Shown: in pieces, positions 1-14,749 of the stretch
How the letters are laid out: each line of letters begins with the position of its first letter
How positions within the stretch are numbered: position 1 is the stretch's first letter
NCBI GenBank assembly: GCA_951406725.2
Contig: OX597823.1
Coordinates: forward strand, 42,780,001-42,844,000
DNA from: Octopus vulgaris
Lineage: Eukaryota
DNA length: 64,000 bases
Reading direction: 5' to 3'
Notes under the pieces: model-generated
Database searches by the model: none
Seen by the model: the letters and a program-made list of their open reading frames with translations, nothing else
What the model was told of the DNA's origin: nothing
Program-made: the position numbers and the translations under genes

Positions 1-42
<42 letters not shown>

Positions 43-636
43 ATTTTGAGTATGTAACGAACACTTTGTTGTAATAAAAGTGATGGGCAGATTCTTCATT
101 GAGTGGATTTTCATATATTATTGATATATTTGCCGTCTATTTAGCTGAGATGTAAGAGAAGCAGAGTCTGTTAAGCCTGTTCATTAAACACGAGAAAATA
201 TCTACTTTAGCCTCTTACTTCTTGCAACGTTTGCACAACGCTCGGTGAATAATTATGAAGTCTAACAATCTCAGATATATATATATATATATGAAGAAAG
301 GGAAATAAGATTACGTGATTACATTTATGTACTTCCGAAGGCGATTGTGTGATGCAAAAGAAGGAAGAAAGCTACGCGTAACATCAACAAATCAAAGAAG
401 AGTTGTGATATTGCAACCCGTTTCTAGTCAATAAAATTTTGCTCTTAATAACTAGTATTGACTTGTTGTTGTTGATGTTATTGTTATTGTTGCTATTGTT
501 GCTATTATCATTACGGAATTCCCATTGAGGTGCACTTGGTATTTCTTCCATTTGGTATCTTTAAGATAAAGTATCAATCAAGACGTAATCGATATAATCG
601 ACTAGCACATTCCCCTAAATCTCTGGCCTTGTGCTT

Positions 637-751
637 ATATTATTGTTATTATTATTATCATCGTCATCGTTATTATTAATGTTGTTGTTGTTGTTATTAT
701 CATTTTGTTGCTGTTGTTGTTGTTATTGTTATAATAATAATAATAATAATA

Positions 752-789
<38 letters not shown>

Positions 790-833
790 CATTATTATCA
801 TTATTATTATCATTATTATTATCATTATTATTA

Positions 834-873
<40 letters not shown>
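637..873. repeat. Compound trinucleotide microsatellite (TTA/TTG/TCA)n
   Basis: Direct reading; accounts for the poly-L/Y/N ORFs at 631-979. Confidence 0.95.
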
Positions 874-874
<1 letters not shown>

Positions 875-1430
875 GAGTGAGAGAGCAGTGCATGCCATCA
901 AATTGACACTGGGATAAAATATACGAAGCCCAGTATACCCATCATGACTATCCGTCTGATACGGGTACACTAGGCACATGCATCAAAACCATATGTGCGC
1001 GACATGGTGATCTCTTATCAAGATAAACAGCACAAGAACTTGCAGGAGGAGGCCAGTTAGAATTTTCTTCTGGTCGAGTAACCCATCCCGCTCAAAAGGT
1101 CCCTGAATAAGAGTTGTTTAAGGATATTGAAAAGAAACACCCATGTTTCCAGAGGTGAATTATTCAAACCCTAAAGAATCCCTCTCAACACATGGCAATG
1201 ATGCTACCCCACTACTTCTGCTCGTGATCAGAGATACCCATATCATCGGCCACTAAGGGACATGGTTAACTGGTTAAGATCAAACAACTGATAAGCAAAT
1301 CCGTGCTATTGAGCAGAATATTTGCTGTAGCCCATCTTTTATACCAAGACAAAACAATGTACATGATAACACTTCCAATCAGTTAAGATCAGAAGCCATG
1401 AGAACCACTGCCTGGTACTGCATCAGGGCA
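874..1430 (-). mobile_element. ~555-bp non-coding interspersed element embedded in a (TAA)n array (copy 1)
   Basis: Collinear with the reverse complement of 30381-30899 (shared blocks such as TTTTGTCTTGGTATAAAAGATGGGCTACAG, TTATTCAGGGACCTTTTGAG, CACCATGTCGCGCAC). TAA-type repeats on both sides. Confidence 0.8.
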
Positions 1431-2577
<1,147 letters not shown>

Positions 2578-3234
2578 CTTTACTATTATTGTTATTGAAC
2601 AAAAAAAGCAAGCCCTTTCCAATTTCAATGAAACAGAACTAAATATTGGGCGTGGTAATATATTTGGTGACACTGTGTAAGATGAACGCAAATGAACGTA
2701 AATGATTGAGTTTATATAAACGAAGTAGATTATGCTATAAATTGCGTGGCATGATGCATTATTATGATAATCGATTTTTCTCATAAAGACATCATATATT
2801 AAATCTAACAGAAAGTTTATGAGGCATGTGATTGAACAAGGAACTAAGGAATATTGAAACTGGGAAAAGTCTAAGGCTAAACAAAATCAATGATGATCAA
2901 GTGATGTTATTAACCAGGGTTCCAAGTTAAAACGATTTCCACGATAAGACTAACAAACTATTTAATAGAACTACTGTAAATTTATCACAATACCACAGTT
3001 TATACTAACTCACACCTTGTTTCACATAAGTCTTTAAGCGAGGCTTATATAAGCAGAATATCATTACCTCAGGAGGGTCATTATGCCAGAAAAACCTGAA
3101 TCTGACCTGGGGTAGAGAGGGAATGTCATTAGCAGTGAATGGTCTTTGACAAATATAACTATTTGATTGATCAACCGAATGATTAATCAAATATTCAATG
3201 AGTTAATTGGGTAAATCATCATTATTATAATTTT

Positions 3235-3712
3235 TTTTTTATCACAGGTTTTGTTGGAACTCCTGAAGTCTTGCATGTGTAGCGGTCTTGCTACCCGCAG
3301 CCTACGGTACCATGCTATCCGTTCTTCTCAACTATATAATACTTTACTGATTATTCTGGCCGTACCACGGAAGCAAAACTTTTGTAACAGTTGTACTGTG
3401 CACTCTATTCTAATTGCCTTGATATTCCACTTGATGCGTTCTGATACTGTTTCCAAGGACCCAACAATAATTGGCACTATCTTCACCTACTTCATTACTC
3501 ATAGCCGGGCTATTTCGTACTTAAGAGGGTTGTATTTATCTAATTTTTCGCCATTCCTTCTTGACTATTCGTGGGTCAAAGTGAGGATGCAACATCAACT
3601 TTTTAGCACATTTGGTGCATTTTGTCGATTTTAGGTCCGGTCTGTCATGCTCTAGCACCCGATCTGTTAGGATTAGAAAATCTCAGAGGATTTTGCTAGC
3701 ATCCTGGTCTAG
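3235..3712 (-). mobile_element. R4/Dong-like LINE, restriction-like endonuclease domain plus 3' UTR (pseudogenised)
   Basis: Minus strand: KIL*DFLILTDRVLEHDRPDL...VDVA...EKLDKYNPLKYEIARL*..KIVPIIVGSLETV...LLQKFCFRGTARIISKVLYS* (stop 3328-3330). This is the PD..D..K..KY RLE signature, with stops and frameshifts. Confidence 0.85.
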
Positions 3713-3816
3713 CAGCCATCTAGCCAATTTTATAATTTCTTTATGTCTATGTTTCACTGCCATATAGTAGCACTGATTCAACCAATCAAGTGTTTCTGAA
3801 CTATTTATTTGCTTTG

Positions 3817-3978
3817 AGTGGTTCCAAATTGAGTATTGTTGAAATCTTCAAGTACTGAGGTAGTTGGGTGAGCAGTTCAGATGCAGGTATCAAGATCAGG
3901 AAAGCACAAGCATTAACATCCTATCACAAACTAAAGAAGGCCTGGAACTCCAAATTTTCCAGACGAATGAAAATAAGG
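3817..3978 (+). mobile_element. RTE-clade LINE reverse transcriptase thumb fragment
   Basis: SGSKLSIVEIFKY*GSWVSSSDAGIKIRKAQALTSYHKLKKAWNSKFSRRMKIR resembles the FKYLGS...IRKAxAW...L.KIW.S motif of RTE ORFs. Confidence 0.7.
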
Positions 3979-5099
3979 GATTAACCAATTGAGAAATAAC
4001 AGAGAAGTAAAATAGAATCAGTGTGTGAGTTTATCATTGGCATAATGACCCTCCCGAAGTACAAGAAAATCTGTTGCAGCACACGAGTTCACTTCAGTTA
4101 TCTGAAAATCAAATATCCATTCTACTAAAAGCATAGGGTCAAAAATGGAAGTGATTTGCAAACCAAATATAAAAATACAGTTATTATAGATTATGTATAT
4201 TATTACAGAGTATTACTTTAACTTCATGAGAATGGAACCCTCAGAAAGAAATTGTGAGACTCCAATTAGAACTCAAGATGATATCTTAGTTATTGAAAGG
4301 CACTAAAGAATTATTCTTCACATAATGCAATTAAAGTTTGGGATTAGTGAATTCAGCACTGCAAGTTGTCCTAGTTGTCGACTCGCATGTTAAATTTTTA
4401 GTACTCTGGCTCATTAAAACAACTATAAGTTGTTCGAATTTTGTGCTACTTTTTTTACAGCTAGGTGGATTGCGCTTTTGAGTCTAACGTGTTGTGGCCC
4501 ACACTACCAGAAACAGTTTACGAACCGCCGATATCTCAGTTCATGGTTTGTTACTAAGTCCATTTGGTCATTCGTTCTCTAACAAAGAATATACAGCGGA
4601 TCATTGCTATTCGCCAACATCAGCTTCAACACATAAAAGAGGAAACAGTTATTTAGTATTTCTTATAATAAAGCCTTGCAGGTCGTCTTTGGAATCATTC
4701 CAGATCTTTCAAAGAGTTTCGTCCTTCTGAAGTCAATAAAATTATTTGCGGTAAAATTCCTAGGTTATATAATACTTCCCATTTTTAAAAGCTTCATCAA
4801 AAGATACATTTAACTAAAAGGCGTTCGTTAATCGCCACAGTGAGGTGTTGTAATGAATTTATAGAAATGTTGTAACCTATTTTATACATTATAACTACTG
4901 ACATTAACAGAAAAGCAGAGAAGCAAATACAAGCATAGAAAACTTGAAGATTTTGAGTTTTGTAAGATCATTAGTAACCAACGCAAAGTGCTTAAGTATG
5001 TGTTCAGAGAAACACACATGAAAGCATATATGCCAGTATACATATAAGCGTATACAGATGCATACACACGCACACAAACACACAAACACATACTCACTT

Positions 5100-5252
<153 letters not shown>

Positions 5253-5705
5253 AACGCAAATATTGTTCTACCTTCAGTTTTGAGTGGGGACCTAATTATT
5301 GAAGAAAATTTCTGATTTCCACATTAACAGACGTGCAGGGAGGTGAACAATCTCATTTGTATATGTATATGAGTGTGTATATTTGTGTGTGTGTGCGTGT
5401 ATTATGTATGTCGGTATGTGTTCGTTTTGTCAGTGTGTCTCTGCATGTGCCTCTATATGAATGTGTTTATAAGATAATGGTGACATACTGGTATTAAGAA
5501 ACAATAGCTTGCTGTGTTTGTGGACATTAGTTATATTTCATATCTTGTGTTTCCTTTTCCTGCCGCGGTAGACAGGAAACAACCAGGATAGACAAGCAGA
5601 GGAACAAATAGATAGACAGTCATAGACAAACAGAAAGGGAAAGACAGAAAATAAACAGGAGTTGGGGGATAAAATTAGTAAAGTTTGAAGAGGAAGAGAA
5701 AGAAG

Positions 5706-5746
<41 letters not shown>

Positions 5747-6072
5747 TGAGAAAGAGACAGAGACAGAGAGAGACGGACAGAGACGGATAGCTATACAGAT
5801 CAAGACACAAAACTTAGATATACAGCGTAAATGGAGCACGTGTATGTATATGCGCATGTGCGTGTGTGCTGTATGTGTGTGTTTGTGATAGACGTGTGTA
5901 CGGAACAAGGATTAGACATTGAAAGTTTACAGTGAATATGACAAAAGTTGTTTCTTTTCTTAGACGAAGGACGAGAGCTCGATGCATGAGATTTTTCATT
6001 CATTACAGCAACCAAGTTCATCGAAGTCTACGGATTTTCATTAATGAGGAAAATAATACTTTCAATTATATA

Positions 6073-6271
6073 CACAAGGCCTGAAATCTGCGGGAAGGGA
6101 GGAAGTCGATTACATCGACCCCAATGAGTAACTGGTACTTATTTAATCGCCCTCGAAAGGATGAAAGGCAAAGTCGACTTCGGCAGAATTTGAACTCAGA
6201 ACATAGTTGGCAGATGAAATACCCGCTAAGCATTTCTCCTGGCGTGCTACCGACTCTGCCAGCCCACCACC
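6073..6271 (-). mobile_element. tRNA-derived SINE, family A (GCCTTTCATCCTTTCGGGGTCGATAAA core), tail type 1
   Basis: Aligns with copies at 18871, 48157, 57722 and 62636. Has a pol III B-box-like GAGTTCAAATTC and ends ...GGCCTTGTG. Confidence 0.9.
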
Positions 6272-6294
6272 TCTCTCTATATATATATGTGTGT

Positions 6295-6859
6295 AAGTGC
6301 GCAGGTAACATCAAACCAAATTTTACAGTCTTCCCTTTCTACCAGTGCAAAGACACAATCTCTCAACTAGAACGCTTAAATAAAGAAACTTTTTTCATTG
6401 AAAAATACAAAACACGTCTGAATAAGCACGCATAACCAATTTTTTAATATTTTTACATATTACATCACTGTACAAAAATCCCCTACTAAAAAAGGCCCCC
6501 CATTTTTTAAAACCTGTCTCCTTTCTGTACACATACTTTTCCCCACCCAAAACCTAAACAGTTATCTCCCTTACAGACAACAATAACAATAATAACAACC
6601 AATTACCTCCCTTTACTTGTCAACTTGTAAAATCATTCAGACGTGAATCTCATTATAAACAACATGGACCCATTTTCTTCTTAAGAAAAAATATATTTTC
6701 ATATAAATTAAACATTGTATCATAAATAACGATTGCGAAACCGGTCGATACATAAAAAATTATGCTATAACCATGTAAGTGTGCGTATTTTCCGTTTTTA
6801 TTGTTCCTATATACATTACAATCCACCACATGAGGACAACCGAAATTTCTCTTTACTGT

Positions 6860-6865
<6 letters not shown>
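6295..6865 (+). mobile_element. Penelope-like element: GIY-YIG endonuclease C-terminus plus 3' region
   Basis: KCAGNIKPNFTVFPFYQCKDTISQLERLNKETFFIEKYKTRLNKHA* fits the R..E..FI....P.LN end of PLE GIY-YIG domains. A downstream GAAACCGGTC resembles the 3' half of a hammerhead. Ends at (TA)n. Confidence 0.65.
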
Positions 6866-6927
<62 letters not shown>

Positions 6928-8011
6928 GTATACATATATATTTTTTACGTATGTGTATGTTTGTATGTAATTTTTATGAAAAAAAATTGTAATGCGGCAC
7001 CTGAAATATTTGCTATTCGTCACACCTAGATCAATCTACAACGAGTAAGCATGTGATCGATAAGAACCACCTGCAGGGCTCTTCCAGCATGATTGGAGAC
7101 CCCTGAGTAAAATAACGGACTGCGCCTCCTACACTTATTTATTGAAACAAGTCACAGATTTCGTAGATCAGCACTGGGGTGCTAGACACTTGGGTCATAT
7201 GAGGACCATAGACAGCTGCCTAAAATGATACTCACCTCATGTCTATTTTTTCAATTGTGTTCTAAATAAGATTGAATGTATTTGATTCCATTTTCTACCT
7301 CAACATGTCAGTAGAGACTAAGGTATCAGGAATCATTTCTTTGATTAATTTAAGTCATTACTCCTACAGCATTATTGATAATTCAGCCTACTTCCTCATT
7401 AAAATATAAAACATCTTTGAATGTGGTACAACCATGAGTCTATTTTTTCTATTTAGTACTTTAGAAACTATGTGGCTAGTTGCTCTGCAAGAAATAACTT
7501 CCAAATCTCCCGAAAATCTCACTACGGTTTTAGAAAATAGGTGTGAACTCGAACCCATGCTTTAGCCTATATACACATATTGGAAATACAGTTTAGAAAA
7601 CTACGTCGATACAACTTTGAACAGAGGCAAATTAATTTAAAACAATATTGTATTTAGATAAAGAAATAGAGATAAATCAATTATAACACACAGTGACTTA
7701 GAAACACTTAAGGATTAATAAAATAGATAGAAAATACGCAAACAAAAGAAAAGGTGAGGAAGTAATTCTCCAGATGCAGCCGATTAATAAGTAAAACAGT
7801 TTTATACGCAAAATAAGATGCAGTAACAGATAGGTATCAATACTATCAGTGATAGTATTCGCGACTGGATTCTAAAGGAATAAGCGAGAATATACGGGAG
7901 AACAAGAAATATAAAAACGAAAACAAGCATCTAGAATACAACCTACAAAATTCTGAGGAAACTTTGTAGTTATCTTAGTAAATAAATATCATTTTTTTCT
8001 GTTTCATATAT

Positions 8012-8205
8012 AGGCACAAGGCCTTAAATCTGAGAGAGAGTTTGTCTGTTATACTGACCTCGGTATTTCATTGCTATTTCACTTAATCGACACGGAATTG
8101 AAAGGCAAAGTTGATCACAGAGATTTTGAACTTGAGCCGTAAAAAGCAGGCAGAAATACCGATAAGCATTCTGTCCGCCCTGCAAATGAATCTGCCAGGT
8201 CCCTA
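8012..8205 (-). mobile_element. Degenerate SINE family A
   Basis: GGCACAAGGCC...GAAAGGCAAAGTTGA...TTTGAACT...AAATACCG.TAAGCATT blocks shared with other copies. Confidence 0.7.
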
Positions 8206-9039
8206 TATTAATGATCATCATCAATAAATTGTTTTCCTGGCTAAATAATGTTGCAATGATCCATAGAGACGATAGTCAAATGGAGCAAGGCTGGGAAAGT
8301 AAATAGAATGAAAGAAAACTTGTATACAGTGTCATTATCTTTTCACTTATGAGACCCGGAAGAAATTTTAGATTTACCAGGAATACAGAGAGACGATGGT
8401 CACCACCTGAAGAAATATAAAACATGTAGTAAAGAATGATGGAAAGCTAATAAAAAGGAAAAAAAGAAAGAAAACAACATTCGTCTAAGTTGGTTTGGAT
8501 CGTCTAAAAATATTTATGAATAAAATTGCGATGAGGGGGAAATTGTTGTCCCATGTTGAAACGGCTGAGGGTCAAGTTAAAAGAGCACTCGTCTGCAGGA
8601 TACTCAGCCACTTTCGTGTTAATATAAACATTATGAAGCTCAGTTAATCGGAAATCGAAAGTTCATCTTCGAAATCGACGAAGGATTGATCATTATCGAA
8701 AGATTCGTCTTTTTCGGCATCACCATTATCGTTATCAACATTATCGTCATCGTCGTCATCATCATCATCGTCGTCGTCGTCGCTGTCGTCATCATCATAT
8801 ATGTGCTGTGTGTAGGTGCGTGTGTGTTTGTGTGTGTTTGTATGTGTTTGTATGTGTTTGTGTGGTTTCCCAGAATATCAGTAAAAGTATAAACGACGAA
8901 GAAGAAAGAATAAACCAATTACTTACTAAATAAATTAATGCGCTGCAATGGCAAGTAATAACACCTTTTAGACATCTAACAATGATATAGATTTCCATTA
9001 TAAAATGGATAATAGATGGTTGGGATCGACGAGATAATA

Positions 9040-9330
9040 AAACCAAATTGATTGTTAAGACTACGAGTTAATGGAAACTAGAATTAACCTCTACAATGAA
9101 CAAATAGAACGTATTAAAATAAATAGAGCGCTTCTATCAAGGTATTAGCTTCTCCCATTTGTTTTGGGGGATATGTATAATACATTCAACATTGACACTA
9201 ATAATGGTTAAGAATGTACGTTGTATTGGGTCTTAGAGTGTAGCAGGAAAATTACTTCTTTATGGATGATTTGAACTTTGTCTTTTTTAAAAAAAATGAA
9301 ATAATCGATGGGTTTAATGAGCTTATTGAT
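9040..9330 (+). mobile_element. Highly decayed R4/Dong-like RT fragment
   Basis: Frames give IKINRA..YQGISFSHLF and FFMDDLN, resembling the QGDSLSPLLF and (Y/F)MDDLKL RT motifs. Confidence 0.5.
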
Positions 9331-10958
9331 GAAGATAGGATTTAGGGTTAGGAGAGAGAGGGGTGGGTAAAAATATAGAGAGAGAGGGGGAGAGAGAGTA
9401 AAAGAAAAATACCCAGAAAGAGGGGGTAACAGAGAAATGCAGAGAGTGTTAGTATAACAGGTGCACGATGAGTGTGCATACTACGCTTGGTGTCAGACAA
9501 TGTGTAAATGAATGTTACATACAAACACTGAGAGAGAAATAACGATAAAGACAGAAGAGGAGGGGAGGAGGTGTAAACGACAGAATAGTTATAGAAAGAG
9601 CTGTATAAATGAGAAAATTGATTTATTTAATTATATTCTCAGGTAATTTATATTTTCTTTCATAATTAGTATTCATTGCATCATTTTCTATAAGCAACAA
9701 GGAATTCAATAAAAGTTAAGTTATATTTATTGTATCTATGCCATATTTTCTGATATTACCTAAGGCAGCAAAAGTGTGCCTCCAGTCATCGAAAGGTAAC
9801 CTTATATATTGATATGGTTGTATATGCAGCATATGTATTCGTAACTTATGGCCAATTTAAATAATTGCTTCTAAGTGTGACACAAATTCACAACTATTAG
9901 GAGTCGAAGGTGTTATTTTAATCGATTCCAATCCAAGACGGACGTGTATTTTATCGATTGCAGAAAAGTAAAAGATAACTTATAATTATTGTATGATTGC
10001 CATACTTCCTGATATTAAGCATGGCGGCAAAAGTATACTTTCAAAGACAGCCACTATACGATCGTCCATTTATATTACAGAACAGCTGTTGGAAAGATGA
10101 AATAATTTAAACTAAAATTGTGGTTCTCGGAGAGATATCCTAAAGCTAAGCCGCAGAAGCTTGGCAAACATAGTATGAATTGACTTTTTAGAATATTAAT
10201 CAAAACGTGGTTAGATGGCTGCTCAAAGATAAACATAGCAGATCTACAATAATAGAGTGAAGCACAATATTTTGCTTCGTAAAATATACCATGTAACCAA
10301 ACTGCATAAAATTTCATACAAATCTAAGGAATGTTCATTATGTGATGTTGGGCAAATACAAGCCTAGCGACATCAGAATTCTTTGGTATCTCAGCATTAA
10401 ATATCACCGAAAATTTCACAAAATTTCTACGTGGTCACACGGCTTGTTAGAAGAATCAGAAAATTCACCTTCATTTGACATTCTAGTGTGTTATTTATTG
10501 GGTTGTGAGAAAAATCCGTTCGTTTCCCCATTTATTATAATCCTTCCCAATGTCATTTGTCTTAAAGCTAAAAATAGTTATTTCTCGTAGTGTTTTATGT
10601 TTTTTTTAAAACTTTTTTCTTCTTCTACAACTTCTGCTTATCGTTTTTGAAATTTGAAAAGAATTTAGCTATTTTCAAATGTATGAGAATGGAGCGCCAA
10701 TAGCAAACAAAAACAAAACAAAACAAAACAAAACAACGAACTAGTTTGTCTGATAACCACAAAAATTATGTAAAGTCATGTTGGGCATAAAATACTTCAA
10801 AATACATATCATCAGACTAGATGTTCTCTGCGGGAATTATTTTAAATAACTTGTCTATTCTGTTAGGAATGAAGTGGAAATTAACAGCATCATCAACAGC
10901 AATAACAATACGCTGTGTCTGGTAGTTGGAGATCTGGTATTGTGGTTGGTACATTGAT

Positions 10959-12293
10959 AACTAGAAAAGCACTCGGAGAGTGCAGACCTCCGCCAAGCAG
11001 CTCATTTCCATCAATATTCACGCAGGCTGAAATTCGCCTAATTTTACAAACCAACACCGGCAAGAACAGAACCTCTTCCCATACTTATCTCGACCACCGT
11101 CAGCATCAACGCTGTCTCTGATCTTACCACAATCACCGCCAAAAATTCGATCACCACAATCACCGTCAAAACTACGATCACCACAATCACTTTCTTTACA
11201 CAGTTGAAAATCCGTTGTCCGATACTCATGGGACCGAGATTGTTGTAGATTTTTCATTTTTCTAATTTCGGAGTGCTTTATTGAAAAAAAATTGCATCTA
11301 TAAAACAGAACAGTTTGAGGAAAGAAACCAGGTCTAAATACAATAGCTTTAGACATACTTTGAATGTAGTTCTATTTAAATCGTTAATTTTTTTATATAT
11401 ATTTAAGAAATGTTAAGATATCAACCTCTACCCACGTTCTCATGCTTTGATTAAAAGGTTACAGTATAGGTTAGATTACTTAGATAAGTTTCGGCCGAAG
11501 CTAACGTAGGCCATGCCTAATTTAATAGCACCATCTGGAAGAGATACACAGTCAGCTCTGGGGAACCGTAGCCCATTCAAGCAAAGGGTTATTATTTTCA
11601 AAGACATATCTGGGTGTTGGGTGGTTTATCTGTTATTTGTTGGGGTTAATCATCTAGGGATCGTTTCAATGCTGTGAAGTCACTTTACTCCTTTATTTGT
11701 GTCTGGCACGATGTTGAAGAGAACAGGGCCAATTGAGATGAAATAGTTCTGTTATAGTATTGTGATACGACACGAACATTTCTGTAGTGGACGAATTTTA
11801 AAGATGGGCAATGTTGATGGAATATTTTCCACATCATACAGATGATATAGAGATCACAGCGGCGGTGGAGGGAGCAAAGCCTGAGATTTTTGAGTCGATC
11901 CCAATAGTCAAGGCTTGCCATGTCATCCACCGCAGCCTTCCGCCAAGCAGCTCATTTTAAGATAGATACGCGAGTAAAATTACTTATAGAGAAACGAAAA
12001 TAAACTTTGAAAACAGCAATGCCACCATAGGTTATGTAGAAACGATGAACGTATTTTTAAGGGAGATAATCGAAGAACGTAGCATTGTAATATTTCATGT
12101 AAAGTAAATATAACAAATGAAAAATCCTTCAAGAATCCTTAAAAATTCCAGGATCACTACTAAAATTTCATCATCTGTTTCTTGCGCCATTACCAACTTT
12201 TCCTGCAAGTTTTATTAAATACTGTTCACAACTTTTTGAGTTATTTCGCACACAGACGGACAGACGGACAAACCAACGCCGATGAAAACATAA
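10959..12293 (+). mobile_element. Helentron-associated (HINE/DINE-1-like) non-autonomous element(s), interrupted
   Basis: 5' AACTAGAAAAGCACTCGGAGAG..CTCCGCCAAG head, repeated at 11932-11957. Internal 27-bp tandem repeat at 11126-11190. 3' (GACG/GACA) microsatellite followed by GAAAACATAA. This architecture is typical of HINEs. Confidence 0.55.
11470..11930 (-). mobile_element. CR1-group LINE 3' fragment
   Basis: LDYWDRLKNLRLCSLHRRCDLYIICMMWKIF ... FISIGPVLFNIVP ... LKRSLDD..ITDKPP..NPLLEW matches the LSYWERL..L.SL.RRR / GP.LFN..P C-terminus. A short UTR and repeat tail follow. Confidence 0.75.
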
Positions 12294-12835
12294 TGCTGAG
12301 ATTTCCAGATTTGGGATCAAGGCCGACGATGTCAAAGAAGTGTGGATGATCTGAAGCTGGAGATTGCATGTATAACATATTTATTATGAGACCAATGTAC
12401 AGAACAAAATATTCGTAGCAGATCTAAATTCTGGGCACAGAATTCAACGAAGCAGGTTTTGCTTCACTTGATTTTGAGATCGATAAAATAAGTTTTCATT
12501 GAAGCACTGAGATCCATTAAATCAAGAAGAGTCTTTTCTAAAAATCGAAAAATAAAAAATGAAAGAGAAAAAGAAAAAAAAAAGGAAATGAAAAAACAGA
12601 AAAGAATCCTTTCTGCCAGACGGATGGCATTAGTATTCCTCTATCTCAAAGATATTAACTCCTCAAAAATAACTATTTTATATACTCTATTACGTAAAAT
12701 GCTTCTTGTACATGTAACAACCAAGACCAGAGATATATATATTACCAACGTATAACTATTCGTTTCTTTAATAAACTCTAGCACGAAGGAGAATACAACG
12801 ATAAAAGGGTACTGAACTCGATAGACGAAGTAAAC

Positions 12836-12916
<81 letters not shown>

Positions 12917-13289
12917 TACATATATACTACACGATGTTATTGCTACAAGGCTGTTTCAAATGACCGCCAGTTCATACAAGGGGTGATCGATATATCAATA
13001 ATGGAGCAACATTTACCTAGATTTCACACGAACGGAACTAATAATAGCTGATCAGAGAAAAAAAAAATATCACCCGAGAAATATAAAAAAAAAAATCTGG
13101 ATTAGCAGAATGTTTTCCCTTTAATACATTTGTAGCGCTTTATTACATTAGAGAGAAACGTAAGGAAACTAAATTCGATAACTGCAGCTCTAACAATCTT
13201 CTGAAATAAGGTAACCCATAATATATGATAAAACTGATATTTAACGAATTGAAATCACAAAAATAGATTATGGAAGTTTATTAAGCGTT

Positions 13290-13369
13290 TAGCTATTTTG
13301 TTCCAGTCATTAGATTGCGGCTATGCTGGGATGTTGTATTGAAGGGTTTAGTCGAACAAATCAACCCCA

Positions 13370-13458
<89 letters not shown>

Positions 13459-13627
13459 TGTGTAGACACACATGACAAGCATTCACAGTTTCTGTTTACC
13501 AAAATCAATCACATGGCATTGGTTTGTCTGGGGCCATAATAGAAGACGCCCAAGATGTAATAGAGTGGGACTAAACACGAGAATACATAGTTCCAAAGGA
13601 AATTTTTTAACCACACAAAGCCATGCT
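13290..13627 (-). mobile_element. SINE family B (CORE-like, internal microsatellite), decayed
   Basis: Matches head and tail blocks of 19132-19516 around an internal (TA)n(TG)n. Confidence 0.7.
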
Positions 13628-13699
13628 TACGCTATCGTTTAAGAAGAAGTTGCTTTGCAATAGTCATATGAAAGTCGTTGTTGCTTAGAAAATGACACT

Positions 13700-14240
13700 A
13701 TCAACATAATAGTTCTTGGGTTGCATGTAGAACAGCGGTAATCCAAACAATAATATATCTGTCTATTGTTAGTAGGATCTGGTTGATTCGAACGCCAATA
13801 TCTGCTCATTGTTGGCTTTCGTTATTGGAGAATAAATTGTCATTTTATATGATGTGTGTTTATACCACAGGCAGTTCTTCGGTGAAAGGGGGCTTTGAGA
13901 CACTTTGGGTTTACGACTTCGACATGTGTCGTCTCAGTCACAGCTGTCCCACCATACTGATGAATCTAACAAGAGCACTAACTCTTGTTTAAATGAATGA
14001 GTACACAACTTATTTACTGATGCGTGCAAATGTTTCCCAAATAGATAATTCATGGGATGCACGCAGAACAGCGAGAATGCATACAATGATGTGTCAATTT
14101 ATTCTTAATATGTTCTGAATTATTCGAACGTGAATCTCTTATAGCTGCTGCTTTTCGTCATAGGAGAACACCATGTTGCTTTTGATTATGTTTCTTCATA
14201 ACACTCGCGATTCGCCGATGTACAGGGACTTTGAGACAAT
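13700..14240 (-). mobile_element. Possible very old PLE GIY-YIG remnant
   Basis: Only scattered motif traces on the minus strand (YIGES; LYAFS..C; VRFHQ). No continuous frame. Confidence 0.3.
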
Positions 14241-14749
14241 CCGGTGTTTCAACCAATATTATTTCCCCGTGTCAAAAATTACAATTTATAATCGGTAGAG
14301 CAAAACCTAACGATTAATGTAATTTGCAGAAGCCATGTGGAAAGCTGAGGGATTGCAATAACTTACTTCTTGAAATAAAAGCCACAAGGCAATCAGGTAG
14401 AGTGTATCTCATTTTAAAGGTAACTAGTACAACTATATTTATAAATACATCTAGAGTTTATTTGCAGAGGGACTGACCTAAGTACTTTCCAAACAGCTAA
14501 CAATACATAGCCCTGTAAGTGATCTGAAGGAATTCTCACACAGCATTTTGTGAGCTTTGAACATGCATTTGTACGATTTCCCAGGTGTACTTAATCTCAT
14601 CTGATATGATGTATTTCACAACCAAAAGTGAATAATAACAACAACAACAACAATAATGACTTAAATAACAACAACAACAACAACAATAATAATAATAGTA
14701 ATAATAATCAGTTTTTATCATTATTATTATTATTGTTGTTGTTGTTGTT

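Noticed and set aside
1376-1430. Short resemblance to U2 snRNA segments (ATCAGTT.A.ATC.GA; CCTGGTA.TGCA)
   Set aside because: Matches are short, spacing is wrong and there is no Sm site; probably chance.
3064-4061. ~25-bp inverted pair (GGAGGGTCATTATGCCA) bracketing two LINE fragments
   Set aside because: The match is real, but I could not define termini or a target duplication, so no element is called.
11126-11190. 27-bp repeats as a CRISPR-like array
   Set aside because: About 2.4 contiguous tandem units with no unique spacers, in a eukaryotic transposon context.
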